Notes: generated by a model from the letters alone, not told the origin. Positions 12,796-24,796 are shown, counted from the first letter of the stretch. The stretch: 64,000 nucleotides of DNA from Isurus oxyrinchus (GCA_026770705.1 JANJGN010000007.1:69192001-69256000); one strand, 5' to 3'. Translations and numbers: made by a program.

Positions 12796-13389
12796 CTTTT
12801 CTTCTTCGCCGATGCTGCCAGACCTGCTGAGTTTTTTCAGGTAATTCTGTTTTTGTTTTGGATTTCCAGCATCCGCAGTTTTTTTGATTTTATCGAAGTA
12901 AATTATTTGCCTGACCTTGTTGTGGGACCATTGAGAAATCTTAATCTTAAATCATTAGTCTAGCTTAGTTCTACTGTGCTACCATGAAGCCTTAGTTTCC
13001 CCATGCCCCTTCACTCCTTCAAAACTATAGTTAAAGCAGAGGAGAAATGGAAGCAAACAGGGCAGTAAAAAATAAAAGATTCACCACTTCCCTCAGATAA
13101 AATGCATTATTCTGATCTGAACGGCAGAAACTGATACCCTGGCAGTGTTTTCTTGTAATGTTCGCTTGCCTTGTAGATTATCCATATGGCCCCACCCTGC
13201 CCTCCGAGCTTTGTAATAAGTGTTACAATTTGGATAATTCACTTCATCTGTGCTTGTTTGGCTCTTAAAAGACAGCTGCTAACTAATTTAAATAACATTG
13301 CAGTTATGCTGTAACATCAATACAGATCTAACCTATCTCGTCTGAACTAGAACAACTGTGAATAGCAAGAACTGGGACACATGAACTCA

Positions 13390-14718
13390 TTAGAATCATA
13401 GAGGTCTACAGCACAGAAAAAGGCCCTTCAGCCTATCGCGTCTGCACCAGTCAAACAAGTACCTGACAATTCTAATCCCATTATCCAGCACTAGGCTTTG
13501 AATGCCATGGCATCGCAAGTGCACATCCAAATACTTCTTAAATGTTATGAGGGTTTCTGGTTCTACCACCCTTTCAGGCAATGAGTTCCAGATTCCCACC
13601 ACCCTCTGGGTGAAAACATTCTTCCTCACATCCCCTCTAAACCTCCTGCCCCTTACCTTAAACCTATGCCCCTGGTTATTGATCCCTCCACCAAGGGGAA
13701 AAGTTCCTTCCTATGCCCCTCATAATTTTATATACCTCAATCATGTGTACCCCCCCCACCACCAATCTCCTCTGCTGCAGGGAAAATAACCCCAGTTTGT
13801 CCAATCTCTCCTCATAGAAAACTCTCCAGCCCAGGCAACATTCTGGTAAATGTTCTCTGCACTCTTTCCAGTGCAGTCACATCCTTCTTATAATGTGGAT
13901 TCCTGAACTACATGCAATACTCTAGCTGTGGCCTAACCAGCATTTATACAATTCCAGCATAACCTCCCTGCTCTTATATTCTATGCCTTGGCTAATAAAG
14001 GCAAGTATCCCATATGCCTTCTGAACCACCTTATCTATCTGTCCCACTACCTTAAGGGACCGGTGGGCATGCACACCCTCGGTACTTGCCAGGGTCCTAC
14101 CATTCATCGTGTATTCCCTGCCTTGTTTGTCCTATCCAAGTGCATCATCGCACACTTATCCGGATTAAATTTCATTTACCACTGATCAGCCCATCTGACC
14201 AGCCTGTGTACATCCTCCTGTAATCTAAGGCTATCCTTCTCACTATTTACCACCCTACCAATTTTCATGTCATCCGTGAACTTATTGATCAACCCTCCTA
14301 CATTCAAGTCTAAATCGTTTATATATACCACAAACAGCAAAAGACCCAACACCAATTCCTGTGGAACCCCACTGGACATAGGCATCCAGTTACAAAAACA
14401 CCCCTCAACTATCACCCTTTGCTTCCTGCCACTCAGCTAATTCTGGATCCAATTTGCCAAATTGCCTTGGATCCCACGGGCCCTTACCTTCATTATCAGT
14501 CTCCCATGCTGGACCTTATCAAAAGCCTTGCTGAAGTCCACGTAGACTACGTCAAATGCCCTCATCTACACACCTGGTCACCTGTTCGAAAAATTCAATC
14601 AAAATGGATATAACTTCCCCTTAACAAAACCATGCTAACTGTCCTCGATTAACCCCTGCCTCTTTAAGTGTAGATTAATTCTGACCCTCAGAATTGCTTC
14701 CAATAGTTTCCCCACCAC
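13390..14718 (-). mobile_element. CR1 LINE 3' fragment
   Basis: SGVPQ..LG.LLF..YINDL, KFTDD, and [13 protein letters not shown], followed by 3' tail. Confidence 0.9.
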
Positions 14719-14719
14719 A

Positions 14720-15036
14720 TTTTTTTATTATTTGTTCATGGGCATCGCTGGCTAAGCCAGCATTTATTGCCCATCCCTAATTGCCCTTGTTAAGAGGGCA
14801 GTTAAGAGTCAACCACATTGTTGAGGGTCTGGAGTCACATGTGCCAGACCAGGCAAGGACAGCAGATTAGTGAACCAAATGGGTTTTCACCACAATCAGC
14901 AATTGTTTCATTGTCATCATTAGTCTTTTAATTCCAGATTTTTATTGAACTCAATTTTCACCATAGTAGGATTCGAACCCTGGTCCCCTGAGCATTACCC
15001 TGGGCCTCTGGAATACCACTATGCTACCACCTCCCC
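14720..15036 (-). mobile_element. HE1-like tRNA-derived V-SINE
   Basis: B box GGTTCGAATCC (- strand, ~14969-14980), V-domain-like core, and a 3' tail (gggcaattagggatgggcaataaatgctggc) shared with the HER1-like LINEs in this window. Confidence 0.75.
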
Positions 15037-15301
15037 TATGGGGATTGAATTACACCAAATGCAAACTGCTTAATTTCTTAAATTTCCTGATAAAACCTTA
15101 AAAAAGCTGAAAAAATAATTTTCTTGTCGCATGTTACTTGCTTTTGGTCAGTTCTCAGACTGATGCAGTTATGATGCAGTGGAAACATTCTTTTTCCTTT
15201 CTCAGTATCTTTAGGGAGGTTGAGTTCATATTCTGTGAGAAATTTTTTTAATCAGCAAAAGTCAGGCCATTTTTAGTGGGATTATTTTATGTATTTTGCA
15301 G

Positions 15302-15390
15302 TGAACTACCGAGGATCCAGTGGCTTTGGACAAGACAGTATTCGCTCACTGCCTGGTAACATAGGAAGTCAAGATGTGAAGGATGTACAA
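15302..15390 (+). CDS. APEH: APEH-like exon
   Basis: cag/GTAAGG, 89 nt. Encodes [30 protein letters not shown], containing the S9 family NYRGSxGFG motif. Confidence 0.95.
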
Positions 15391-15478
15391 GTAAGGAGTT
15401 AGTCAACAGCTTTCACATGAGTAGATGACACAGAATAACACTGCAAAAGAGTTTCAGCTCAACCCAACAATAAACATG

Positions 15479-15764
15479 GAAAAACTCAGCAGGTCTGGCA
15501 GCATCGGCGGAGAAGAAAAGAGTTGACGTTTCGAGTCCTCATGACCCTTCGACAGAACTTGATTTCGAGTCCAAGAAAGAGTTGAAATATAAGCTTATAT
15601 TTCAACTCTTTCTTGGACTCGAAATCAAGTTCTGTCGAAGGGTCATGAGGACTCGAAACGTCAACTCTTTTCTTCTCCGCCGATGCTGCCAGACCTGCTG
15701 AGTTTTTCCAGGTAATTCTGTTTTTGTTTTGGATTTCCAGCATCCGCAGTTTTCTTTGTTTTTA
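15479..15764. mobile_element. short palindromic Penelope 3'-end insertion
   Basis: Perfect palindrome 15477-15710 centred on AAGCTT, plus a 3' tail. 15-bp TSD ccaacaataaacatg at 15464-15478 and 15765-15779. Confidence 0.92.
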
Positions 15765-17881
15765 CCAACAATAAACATGTTTGCTTTAGGTATGGTGGAC
15801 CAATGATAAATTGCTGTGTCGCAGAGGAAAACACAAAATCCTATACATTATTTTAGTGAGTGAAGCTGACCCAATTACTTTAAAGATTAAAATGAGGGCA
15901 CTAACATTTATTGCTGGGTTTCTGTGTAGCATTGTTGTTCAACTTGTAAATGCAGTCTGTTAAATTATAGCTCCTTTACCATGATTTAACAGTTAAACAG
16001 AAACATTATGGAAGGATTACCCTCCTGTATCAAATAATTTGTAGGCTTACCTACTACCCGTTAGGAGAAGTAGCAAATTTTGTTCACTTGCTGTCTGCCT
16101 GCTTAGAGACCTCTCATGCCAGCTCTTAAGAGTTGGAAGGAAGGCATGGAGCCAAGGCACACAGTTAGTTTGTCTATGAGTGGCTGTTATTATAGGAGAG
16201 CACATCAACATTCTTTACTGTTTCTACAGAGTGCAGTACCTTAGAGCATGACTTTTCCTATTTAGTCATATGACTGGATATCTGATAATGTTGTTGTTCT
16301 CCTTCCACAGGCATTCCTATTAATAGATGGTTCCAAGAATTCTAGTTGTTGACTGTGTAGCTGTAGGCAGTAAGATGAGATTTTATTTGCACAGTGTGGG
16401 TATAAGAGTGGAGTGGATATAGATTCCAAATTAATTTGAGTGCTGCAACACAAGCAATGTGTTTTATTCTATAGTACAGTCACATTAACTTTAGTTAATT
16501 AGGGTTTGATTCTAGAGTGTGTCAATCCCCCGGTGTCCAAGGAAGATTTTGCTGGAAAAGGTGCTTGGGTCCTGTGGAGTTACTGCTCCCGATTAATTTA
16601 AAACTAAATCACAGAATTGCTACCCGGTTATCTTTACCCCTGCCCTGCATGTGCTTATTTAAGAATTAATGGAGTTGGTGGGTTACTGAGATTCAAATGC
16701 TGGGGAATGTTCCATGAAATTTCATTTGTGCCACTTCCTGTGCCACATTGAATTTATGTTGACTTGTTCCTGCTCACTCCATGGTCTCAGGTTTGATCCT
16801 CGGTTTGTGCTAACTTTTCTGACCTTGGGTTGCACAGCAGTGAGGGTGCTTTAGGAGGCACCTTGTGTCCTGGTCAAGAGTTTCCACTCCTGGCCACTAT
16901 GCAGTGACTGTGTGGAAAGTGAAATAAATGTGTGTCCCATCAACCCAGGACTAACTAAAGGAAAAGCCTCTTTGATGGTTCATAGTTTATCCAGTGAGTA
17001 TCTCATCCATACAGAGCAGAAAATCCTATTTTTGATCCTCTGTACCTGCTGGGCAATAGTAGGACTGGGACATTGACACTTGGGTGGGTTGACCACCATC
17101 TACTGACTTCTATTGGACCTATGCATGAGAAATGTCAGCTTAGGACATAGTTGGGCTTGTTTGCAGTGCTCCTTATGACTGAATTGCCTATCAATACTCA
17201 TTGTCAAGCTTCACATATGAATAATGGCCACTTTGGTGAGTTCTGGAGGGGAGGACATGGAGATCAACTATGAAAATTTACAACATTTATTTAATTTCAG
17301 TGAGATGCATTACAGGTGTGTTTTTTTTTCCTTTATGGTGGTTTTCATTTTGCAATTATTGTCATATAGAATGCATAGTGAAGCTTTAAAATTGAGTACA
17401 TTGAAGAATACTGAAATCAATATATGCATGTACATGAGGTGAAGAGAAGAAGAGCGTTGGCACCTGTATTAGCCATGGAATTAGAATGAGGCTCCTTGAT
17501 GCTGGCTTCAGTCACAACCTGCTTGTACTTACATAAAGAGCTTCGTCATTCACAGGGAAAACCAGAGCCTGTGTTTTGTAACCAAATCATGTAATATTGC
17601 ATTGAACACCAACAATTCCAGCTTGATTATGGGAACTGGAGTTGTGTAAATTTATGAAGAAACTTTCTTCAGTGCCACGCCAGTTGTCTTTGGCTAAAAG
17701 AGTTTGGTTGGAGGGTTTGGAAAGAAACCTTGTCCTCACAAAGAATGGAAAAAGAAATCAGCCATGCATGTCAGTCATGGTTTGACCGGAGTATTACTAG
17801 GGTGCTAGTGCTAGTGAGTGAATACTCCAGCACAGTGTCTGTTCTTGTACTGCTGTTCCAAAAGCTTCACTTTTATTTCAG

Positions 17882-18072
17882 TATGCTGTCGAAAGTGTGT
17901 TAAAAGAAGGGTGTGTGGATTCTGACAAGGTGTTACTGATTGGTGGCTCACACGGAGGCTTTATTGGCTGTCATCTGATTTGCCAATATCCTGGTTTCTA
18001 CAAGGCATTTGCGACAAGGAATCCTGTCATTAATCTGGTTTCCAAGCTGGGGACAACAGACATTCCTGACCA
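17882..18072 (+). CDS. APEH: APEH-like exon with catalytic Ser
   Basis: cag/GTGAGT, 191 nt. Encodes YAVESVLKEGCVDSDKVLLIGGSHGGFIGCHLICQYPGFYKAFATRNPVINLVSKLGTTDIPD, with the GGSHGG nucleophile elbow. Confidence 0.95.
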
Positions 18073-18947
18073 GTGAGTGCAGACTTTCCTTCCTGGATTC
18101 AGTATGTTTTTAAATAATATACTTTAGATTTTGTTTCCAGGGGTGTTGCCAGGTATAAATGCTTGTGTAAAGAGTGCATCCATTGGTAGATTCCTGCTCT
18201 GGTGAAGAGTAAGATTCTGGCACTTTACTGAGTTAAATCCAGTCTTTCACCCCAGGGACCGAGACTTTATTCCAGCCCAGTGCAGTCTGATGAAAGCCTC
18301 TTTCTGTTGGATCTAAGGACCCTCTTCTGTGAACTGAACTTGAATAAGTTACAACACAGTTTGGGCTCATAGCATTAAATTGTCTGAAATTGTCAGTCTA
18401 ACACAAAGGAATCATAAGGCTGGCTAGTGCGGGAAAGGGAGATGTCACATTAGTGTCATCAAGTCTCATTTTCAAGCTAAGGCAAATTGTTCAAGCTGTA
18501 AGGTTAACTGGCTGCACCTGACCTGACCTGGAACTCTTCAGGTCACCACGTGCCTGAAATGGGAAACCTTTCATTTTAAAAAGCACAAAAAGCCCTTTTT
18601 TGTCCAAAGTGCGAGGAGTTGAATGAACCTGTCACTAGTAAATAGTAGTTGAAGCACTTCCCCACCTCCTTGACTTGTCGTAATATTTATAACTACTGTA
18701 TACCACAGACTGCATTGCTGAGACCATGAGCTATGATTTTTACTGGATTGTTTTCAGTATGCATTGTATTCTTTGAAGTTGTTACCGTGTATTGTACCAT
18801 CTGCAGTTATGTTAAGTATGCCTGGGTGTTTAAATGGTTAGTAACCCTTTCAGCGTATAACCAATTTGTTTCATCATTGTTCATCCAATAATTTGCCCAT
18901 ACGCCAAGGGAAAAGCACACATTTAAAAAAGGAAGTTCTACCTTCAA

Positions 18948-19068
18948 TACAATATAAAATAAAAACAAAGTGCTGCAAATACTCAGCAGGTCTGGCAGTG
19001 TCTGTGGAGAGAGAAATAATCTAGCATTCCGAATCAAATATGACTCTTCTATGGAACTCCCTTCTATC
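18948..19068 (-). mobile_element. old Penelope-type 3' tail fragment
   Basis: ctcagcaggtctggcag motif. Candidate 12-bp TSD ttctaccttcaa at 18936-18947 and 19069-19080. Confidence 0.65.
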
Positions 19069-20171
19069 TTCTACCTTCAAATGGGCATTGATGCATTTGA
19101 GGGGATCCAGTGTAGAGTGACAAGGATGATTCTGGAACTTGTGGTTTTAAGTTGAAAGAAAAAGCTTGTATAGCTGAACTTTTCATTAAGAAAGTTGGGA
19201 ATGGGCAGATCTTCACAGTGGTGAGAGATGTAGGTGATGTAGATGTAAGCAGGTCATTTGGCTTGAGTTGGGTGCACGGACTTTAAGTAAACCTGGAATT
19301 CAGAAGAAACTAATTTAACTAACTTTGGTAATCAGTAAGTATTCCTATAAGATATTTCACTGGATTAAATTGACAGGATAATGGTAATAATGTTGCCTTT
19401 AGGGTATGCCTTTTTTCTTCTCTATCTTTCTTTCCCTTTAGCCCCTGCGTCAGGGACAGGGGCCATTACATTATGAACATTACTATATTCCCTCAGACAT
19501 GATTACTCCACGGAAGAAACTGATACTTGTGTGTTATTTGATCCAGAACCCCCAATGGAATAAATATTGTCCAAGGCATCCCTGAAGAGTATCTTCTCTT
19601 TGCAGGGCTTTCAGAGGTTGAATTTCATTATTCATGTTCAGAGACCAATCATTGGGAGTTTAATTTTGTTTCAATAAATGCAGCTTAGAAATCTTCAAAT
19701 GAGATCAAAAGTTGCCTCCGAAAACCCGTTTGACTTCCAAGTAGATCACTGCAACTGATGGCAGTGGTACAGAACCAGCACACCACAAAGGAATTGCCAA
19801 GCTCTGCACACCTGAGCATATCTACTGCTTTCCAGTAGTTGGATATAGGACTCCAAGGGGACTGCATTCATAATTATTACAATAACTTTAGCTTGCTTTG
19901 AATGAAGGTCTTCAGTCTCTAGCATTTTTACCAACTCCACTATTGTCAATTGATTGCATTTCTAATGTTTTTTGTAAATACTTCGCAACAGTGCAAGGTG
20001 TTATTCTCATACTGTTTATACATTTTAAAGGTGGATGGGATTCATTTTTCCAGAAACACTCCAATACTCCTGTATCAGTTCAGTAACTTTATTGAATTGG
20101 GTCCTGGCTATGCTAAGAGCCACTATGCTGCTGGTGCCATAGTACAGTGCACTACAGCAGTGAACGACCCG

Positions 20172-20217
20172 CACCACCACCACCACCACCACCACCACCA
20201 CCACCACCACCACCACC

Positions 20218-20248
<31 letters not shown>
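20172..20248 (+). repeat. (CAC)n microsatellite fused to a poly-C tract
   Basis: About 16 CAC units followed by about 30 C. Confidence 0.95.
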
Positions 20249-20576
20249 ATCAAGCCAACAGTGGCAAAATATTAACTTTGTTCCTAATTTAGACCATGTT
20301 GGGTTGGGAAGTTACTTGGTGTAGGTTGTAATGCTCCACTCACAGTGGCAGGGCAAATTGAAAGGAGTTTTCCTGTCTGGCTGACATTTACTGCTCCTGG
20401 GGCAAAGGGCATTGCAGAGGTTTGAGCTAATTGCTAATCTCAGCAAGTGAGACATGAGTTCAGGCTGACCTTGACTTAAAGTGCAGCTGTAAAATACATG
20501 GAATAATAAATGCAAAAAAAAATGGAAATTCTGATTCAAACCTAGTGTTGTGATTTTTGCTATGCTTTCCCAACAG

Positions 20577-20679
20577 TACCATGGTGCAAGCTGGGTTTGA
20601 TTTTGCCCCAGAACAATTGCCAACTCCGTCTGTGCTGACAGCACTGCTGAGCAAATCACCTATCACTCGTGTATCTCAG
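20577..20679 (+). CDS. APEH: APEH-like exon
   Basis: cag/GTAAGA, 103 nt, phase-compatible with neighbours. Encodes (H)TMVQAGFDFAPEQLPTPSVLTALLSKSPITRVSQ. Confidence 0.9.
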
Positions 20680-21816
20680 GTAAGAAGTAAACTGTTGTAC
20701 TTGCTGCACTTAAAATAAGTGCTTATTCTACAGGAAGCTGCAAGACTTATCTGAACTGAGGACAGCTTATGTTTCAGTGAAAGTGTAGAATTTCCTAGTT
20801 TGTGGCATGATGCTGCAGTATGCAGTCTCATTGTGGTCTAAAGTTCTGTCGACTGAATCCTTAGCATTGTCCAGCTATCGTGCTACTGCACCCCCCCCAC
20901 CCCCCCATCCCACCAGTTCCAGTTTGAAACAATGTGAAATACTGATTACAAATAGGCCATCCAGGGAAAACAACCCAAATAAACAGAAGGCCTGGCCTGA
21001 AGGGGAAAGAAGAATGCAAGACGCCATGTCATTCTTTCAAATCTACTGACAGCAAAATAGCAAGAGCCTGCAAACAAGCTAAATATAGTAACAAAGTGAA
21101 ATGATATGGTGGTTTTAAATGCATGTCAATTGATGCAAATACTCTTTGAATTAAAGGGAAAGCTAACTGTACCTGTAAGCATATATCTTTGATGAGACAG
21201 AAGGAACTCTGTGGGTAATTGCCTAGCCAAGGTGGTACCTATTTATCTTTACATGTTGACAGACCAATGGAAACTTTATGGTGTGCGCAGTAGGAGGTTG
21301 ATTTGAGGCCATTATATGTGTGAATGATGCAGCATATCCTATACACAAAATCCCAGAGATGGCAAACCTTCAATAGCCATTTTCCCATCAGTCTTGAAAT
21401 CATAAGTTATTACTTATACTGACGGACAGACATTCATTAAAATATTACTGCATTTTTTGGCCATGATCCTACATTTGGAAACAGAATCAGGGTCAATTGA
21501 TTTTCTACATAGCTTCCCCTGAAGGAACATCACACATGCACTCGATTGAAAAACAAAATGTGCAACGTGGAATAAAATCACTTAAAACTACTGAAATAAA
21601 ATCACACTCCTTTACATTTTGTCATATTGAGCACTGAGGGCTTATTACTTCAACAATGAGGAGATGGCAGTGGGGGATGGGGAAGTCATTAGGTTTTCAG
21701 TTTTGAGCAAAATTAATATCAAAGTGTATTAATTCCTGGGAATTGCATTTCAATCGTATTAAATGTAGTTCTGTATCTCTTTGTGGTATGTAAATGTATT
21801 ACATTTGTTTTCTCAG

Positions 21817-21923
21817 GTGAGAACTCCAGTTTTGATAATGCTGGGTGAAAAAGACAAACGCATTCACCCAACACAAGGTCTTGAGCTCTATCATGCGCTG
21901 AGAGCCAGAAGTGCTCCTGTGCG
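21817..21923 (+). CDS. APEH: APEH-like exon with catalytic Asp
   Basis: cag/GTAAGT, 107 nt. Encodes VRTPVLIMLGEKDKRIHPTQGLELYHALRARSAPVR (human VKTPLLLMLGQEDRRVP...). Confidence 0.95.
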
Positions 21924-22015
21924 GTAAGTTAAAGAGTGGGACATGTGACTTTCCTTTGGACTCATGAAACTGCTGACAGGAATTATAGCTGGCAGTAAAG
22001 GACTCTTATTCATTT

Positions 22016-22170
22016 TAAACCAGCAGCTATGGGCTCTTTACCAGCCATGAAACCCAAAGCTATGAATGCTTTGTCCACACAATAAACCAATGTCTATGAA
22101 CACTTTGCCCAGCTATTAACCCTAGCCATGAATGCCCAAAGCCAATAGCACTTTGCCAACATATTCAGCC
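22016..22170 (+). repeat. degenerate ~33-bp tandem repeat, 4-5 units
   Basis: Recurring aaaccNaagctatgaaNNctttgNcca unit. Confidence 0.6.
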
Positions 22171-24678
22171 TGTGGGTCTGAACTGTATTTCAATGCTTTG
22201 AGAGATCTAGTACACAGAAGGTTGTTACAAGCTTATAAGTCCAGTAGGAAAAACATTTCCTAATGAATCGTCTTGTGACAAGTGATTCAACTAATGGTTC
22301 CTGTATTAAATCTCAACTCTTTTTCTTTGTTTATATTTTTAACACATGGCACATTCCCAGTGAGGTTTTAACAAGGGAAATAAAATAGCTTATTTTTTAC
22401 TTAGGGTGAAAGTCTCTGTTCAGAAATTGTGCTACACAGTTAAGCTTCATGCAGGTAGTGAATGACGCACTGTGATCCTACCAGCTAAAAGGTCAGTGGT
22501 GGGGAGGGGTGCTAAAATTCACTGTGGTCAGGGGCATAAACTGGGCAGCAGTGGATTTGCCACCGGTTATATATCCCACTCAATTGTCACTGCTATTGAA
22601 GGCAATGAAGAGGAATATCAGGCAAGAGGTTAAACGTGCAACCAATCTGCCACAGTCCATTTGTACCTCCTGGTGAAGTTGAAGTTTCCCCCTACAATGT
22701 TTGATTGAGACAGCATTGCAGTGAATTTCATTTTAAATTCTCCTTATTTTAAACGAATGTCTCTTTCACTTTAGATTTTCATTTGCCTCCTCGATTATGC
22801 AACCAACGGTATGGTTGGATGACTTCATTTGCAGAGCTTGGTCAGATGACAGTCTGCAAACCTTGGCCAAAGCTGTTCATAAACCAGCCATCAAGGACTG
22901 TGTAATTGTGGTATAACTGATCCACCATCTCACTTTGTCTCTCTTCCCACTTGGGAAATCCCTTCTCTCTGCTTGGCTGAGATTGGGAACTCATAGGACT
23001 AATCATTAGAAGAGAGCCCATGTCCTCGCAACTTAAGATAAAGCACACTGATCCACTGAGCAGCGAGAACAGGCCTTTCTCTGTATTGTTATTCAAGATC
23101 AATAACAGTTTGAATGGTGAGGAACCACAAGTAATGACAGGTTGAGAAGGGCTTTATGGGATGGATGCCTTTTTCTGGCTGGAATTATTGATAGCCCAGC
23201 ACCTCAGATTTAAAACCAAATAAGTTTTTTTGTGACAAGCTCATTATCAACCTGATTTCTTATGTGAAAGCAGAAGGGGGAAAGAGGATAATTCAATTGT
23301 CTCATCTCATTTACACTGTCAACTGGGCCTGTTATAAAGGAAAATGCTCAGACTGCTGGTATTTCCAGCCCTCCCATCTTGAAACTTAGCCCACATTATT
23401 TTCCTCTGTGCACTGTCAAGGTTAAAGGAACATGTATAGGTGAGCCAAAGTGCTGGTAATAATCTAATTTTTCAGCATACATGCAGATAAAGGCATGGTA
23501 TTAGTGAGTTCAATCAGCTCTTATGAATGAATTACACATTTGATTTACTTTGTGTACTTGTGCTAACAGGTGTGGTAATTATACATTAATTTTGTAAATT
23601 TGCATTAATTGAGTTTACAGCCTATGGCAGGGGGAGCGGGGTGGAAGAGGTCCAAGAGCTGGACATTTTCATGCTTACAGTTGCCATAACTATACATCCC
23701 ATCTATTTGCAAAAAAAGACAAATATTGCTTGGATTCTGATGAAAGTAAAAAGTGTCATCACAGTGAAAGTATGTAATTGTCGTTGAACAAATCCAGGAC
23801 ATTACTGTCTGAGCAAATCTCATCAGCTCTAAGGCTTACAATGGGGTTCCAGTCTTTTAAATCCATAATGGCGTGCTAAAGAACAAAGCCTCATTAAATC
23901 ACATTCAAGTGCCAAGAAAAAAATAAAACCCCAAATAGCATTTTGGCAATGCAGTCATAGAGAAACACTCATTTTGTGATCGACTGTTAATAATTCCTGA
24001 TACTGACCAAACATTACAAAGTAAAGAACTTGTCACTCGGATTTAACTGAAGATAGCATAAGTGAATAAATCTCAAAAGAGTAGTGAAGTTGTACCATGC
24101 ACATTTTATAATTGGAAGATCCTGTTAAAGAAACTTTCCCCTTATCTGTATTATTATCATCATTATTATAATTATTATTCACTGGCTACTGCCTCGTATG
24201 TAACCAAAGCCCTAATCTTAACCCAGCTTGGGATTGATGAGGACGCAAGATCCCAGGTATTTGTTAGCATGGGTATTTTTAACTCTCAGACCTTATTTTA
24301 ACATGTCATCTGTGAAAATATTCAACGGATAAATATGTTAGAATATTATCCCTGTACAACAGCAAACCTCTGCTGTGTTCTGCAGTTCTCTGTTCAGTTT
24401 GATGATGACTACTTCCATTTGGATTTGTGCCTTTAGCTCCCTTCTCAGCCTGTGGATTTTCTGATCCTGGCTGTTCTGTGAGAAGAAACCTGATTGAAAA
24501 CTAAATACCAGGAGCTTCCTTAAAGGAGGTAGGCATCTCTGAGGCCAGTCCTAAGCATCTAAGATTGGCCAATTGGCAGAAATCCTGTAAAATAATGGAT
24601 GACCAAAATAAAAAAGGGCAGGAAAGAGAAAGGAACTCCTCCTCATAAGAAATAAAATATTTGACCTTTTCTCCTCAG

Positions 24679-24796
24679 GTTACTGTGGTATCCTGATGAC
24701 AACCACTCGCTCTCCAAAGTTGGCACCGAAGCTGATGTGTTTATGAATATTGCTTTGTGGTTTGTCTTTGCACTGGACATTACTAATGCAGCTTGA
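24679..24796 (+). CDS. APEH: APEH-like last coding exon with catalytic His
   Basis: cag acceptor. Encodes LLWYPDDNHSLSKVGTEADVFMNIALWFVFALDITNAA*, with TGA at 24794-24796. Confidence 0.93.

Larger units (their letters stand above)
8724..12894. mobile_element. Penelope-like retroelement (RT + GIY-YIG), inverted dimer of two 5'-truncated copies
   Basis: Left copy on - (8724-11030) and right copy on + (11031-12894). About 1.8 kb near-identical arms with a ~0.5 kb unpaired RT segment. 14-bp TSD gaagtaaattattt at 8710-8723 and 12895-12908. Confidence 0.93.

Noticed and set aside
8724-12894. Inverted repeat as a DNA-transposon TIR structure or assembly artefact
   Set aside because: The arms encode RT/GIY-YIG rather than a transposase, differ by several substitutions and indels, and are bounded by a 14-bp TSD.
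14960-15036. tRNA gene (GGTTCGAATCC B box)
   Set aside because: No complete cloverleaf is present; it is the head of a tRNA-derived SINE.
19950-20324. ORF with poly-His/poly-Pro
   Set aside because: It is a translation of the CAC/poly-C microsatellite within an intron.
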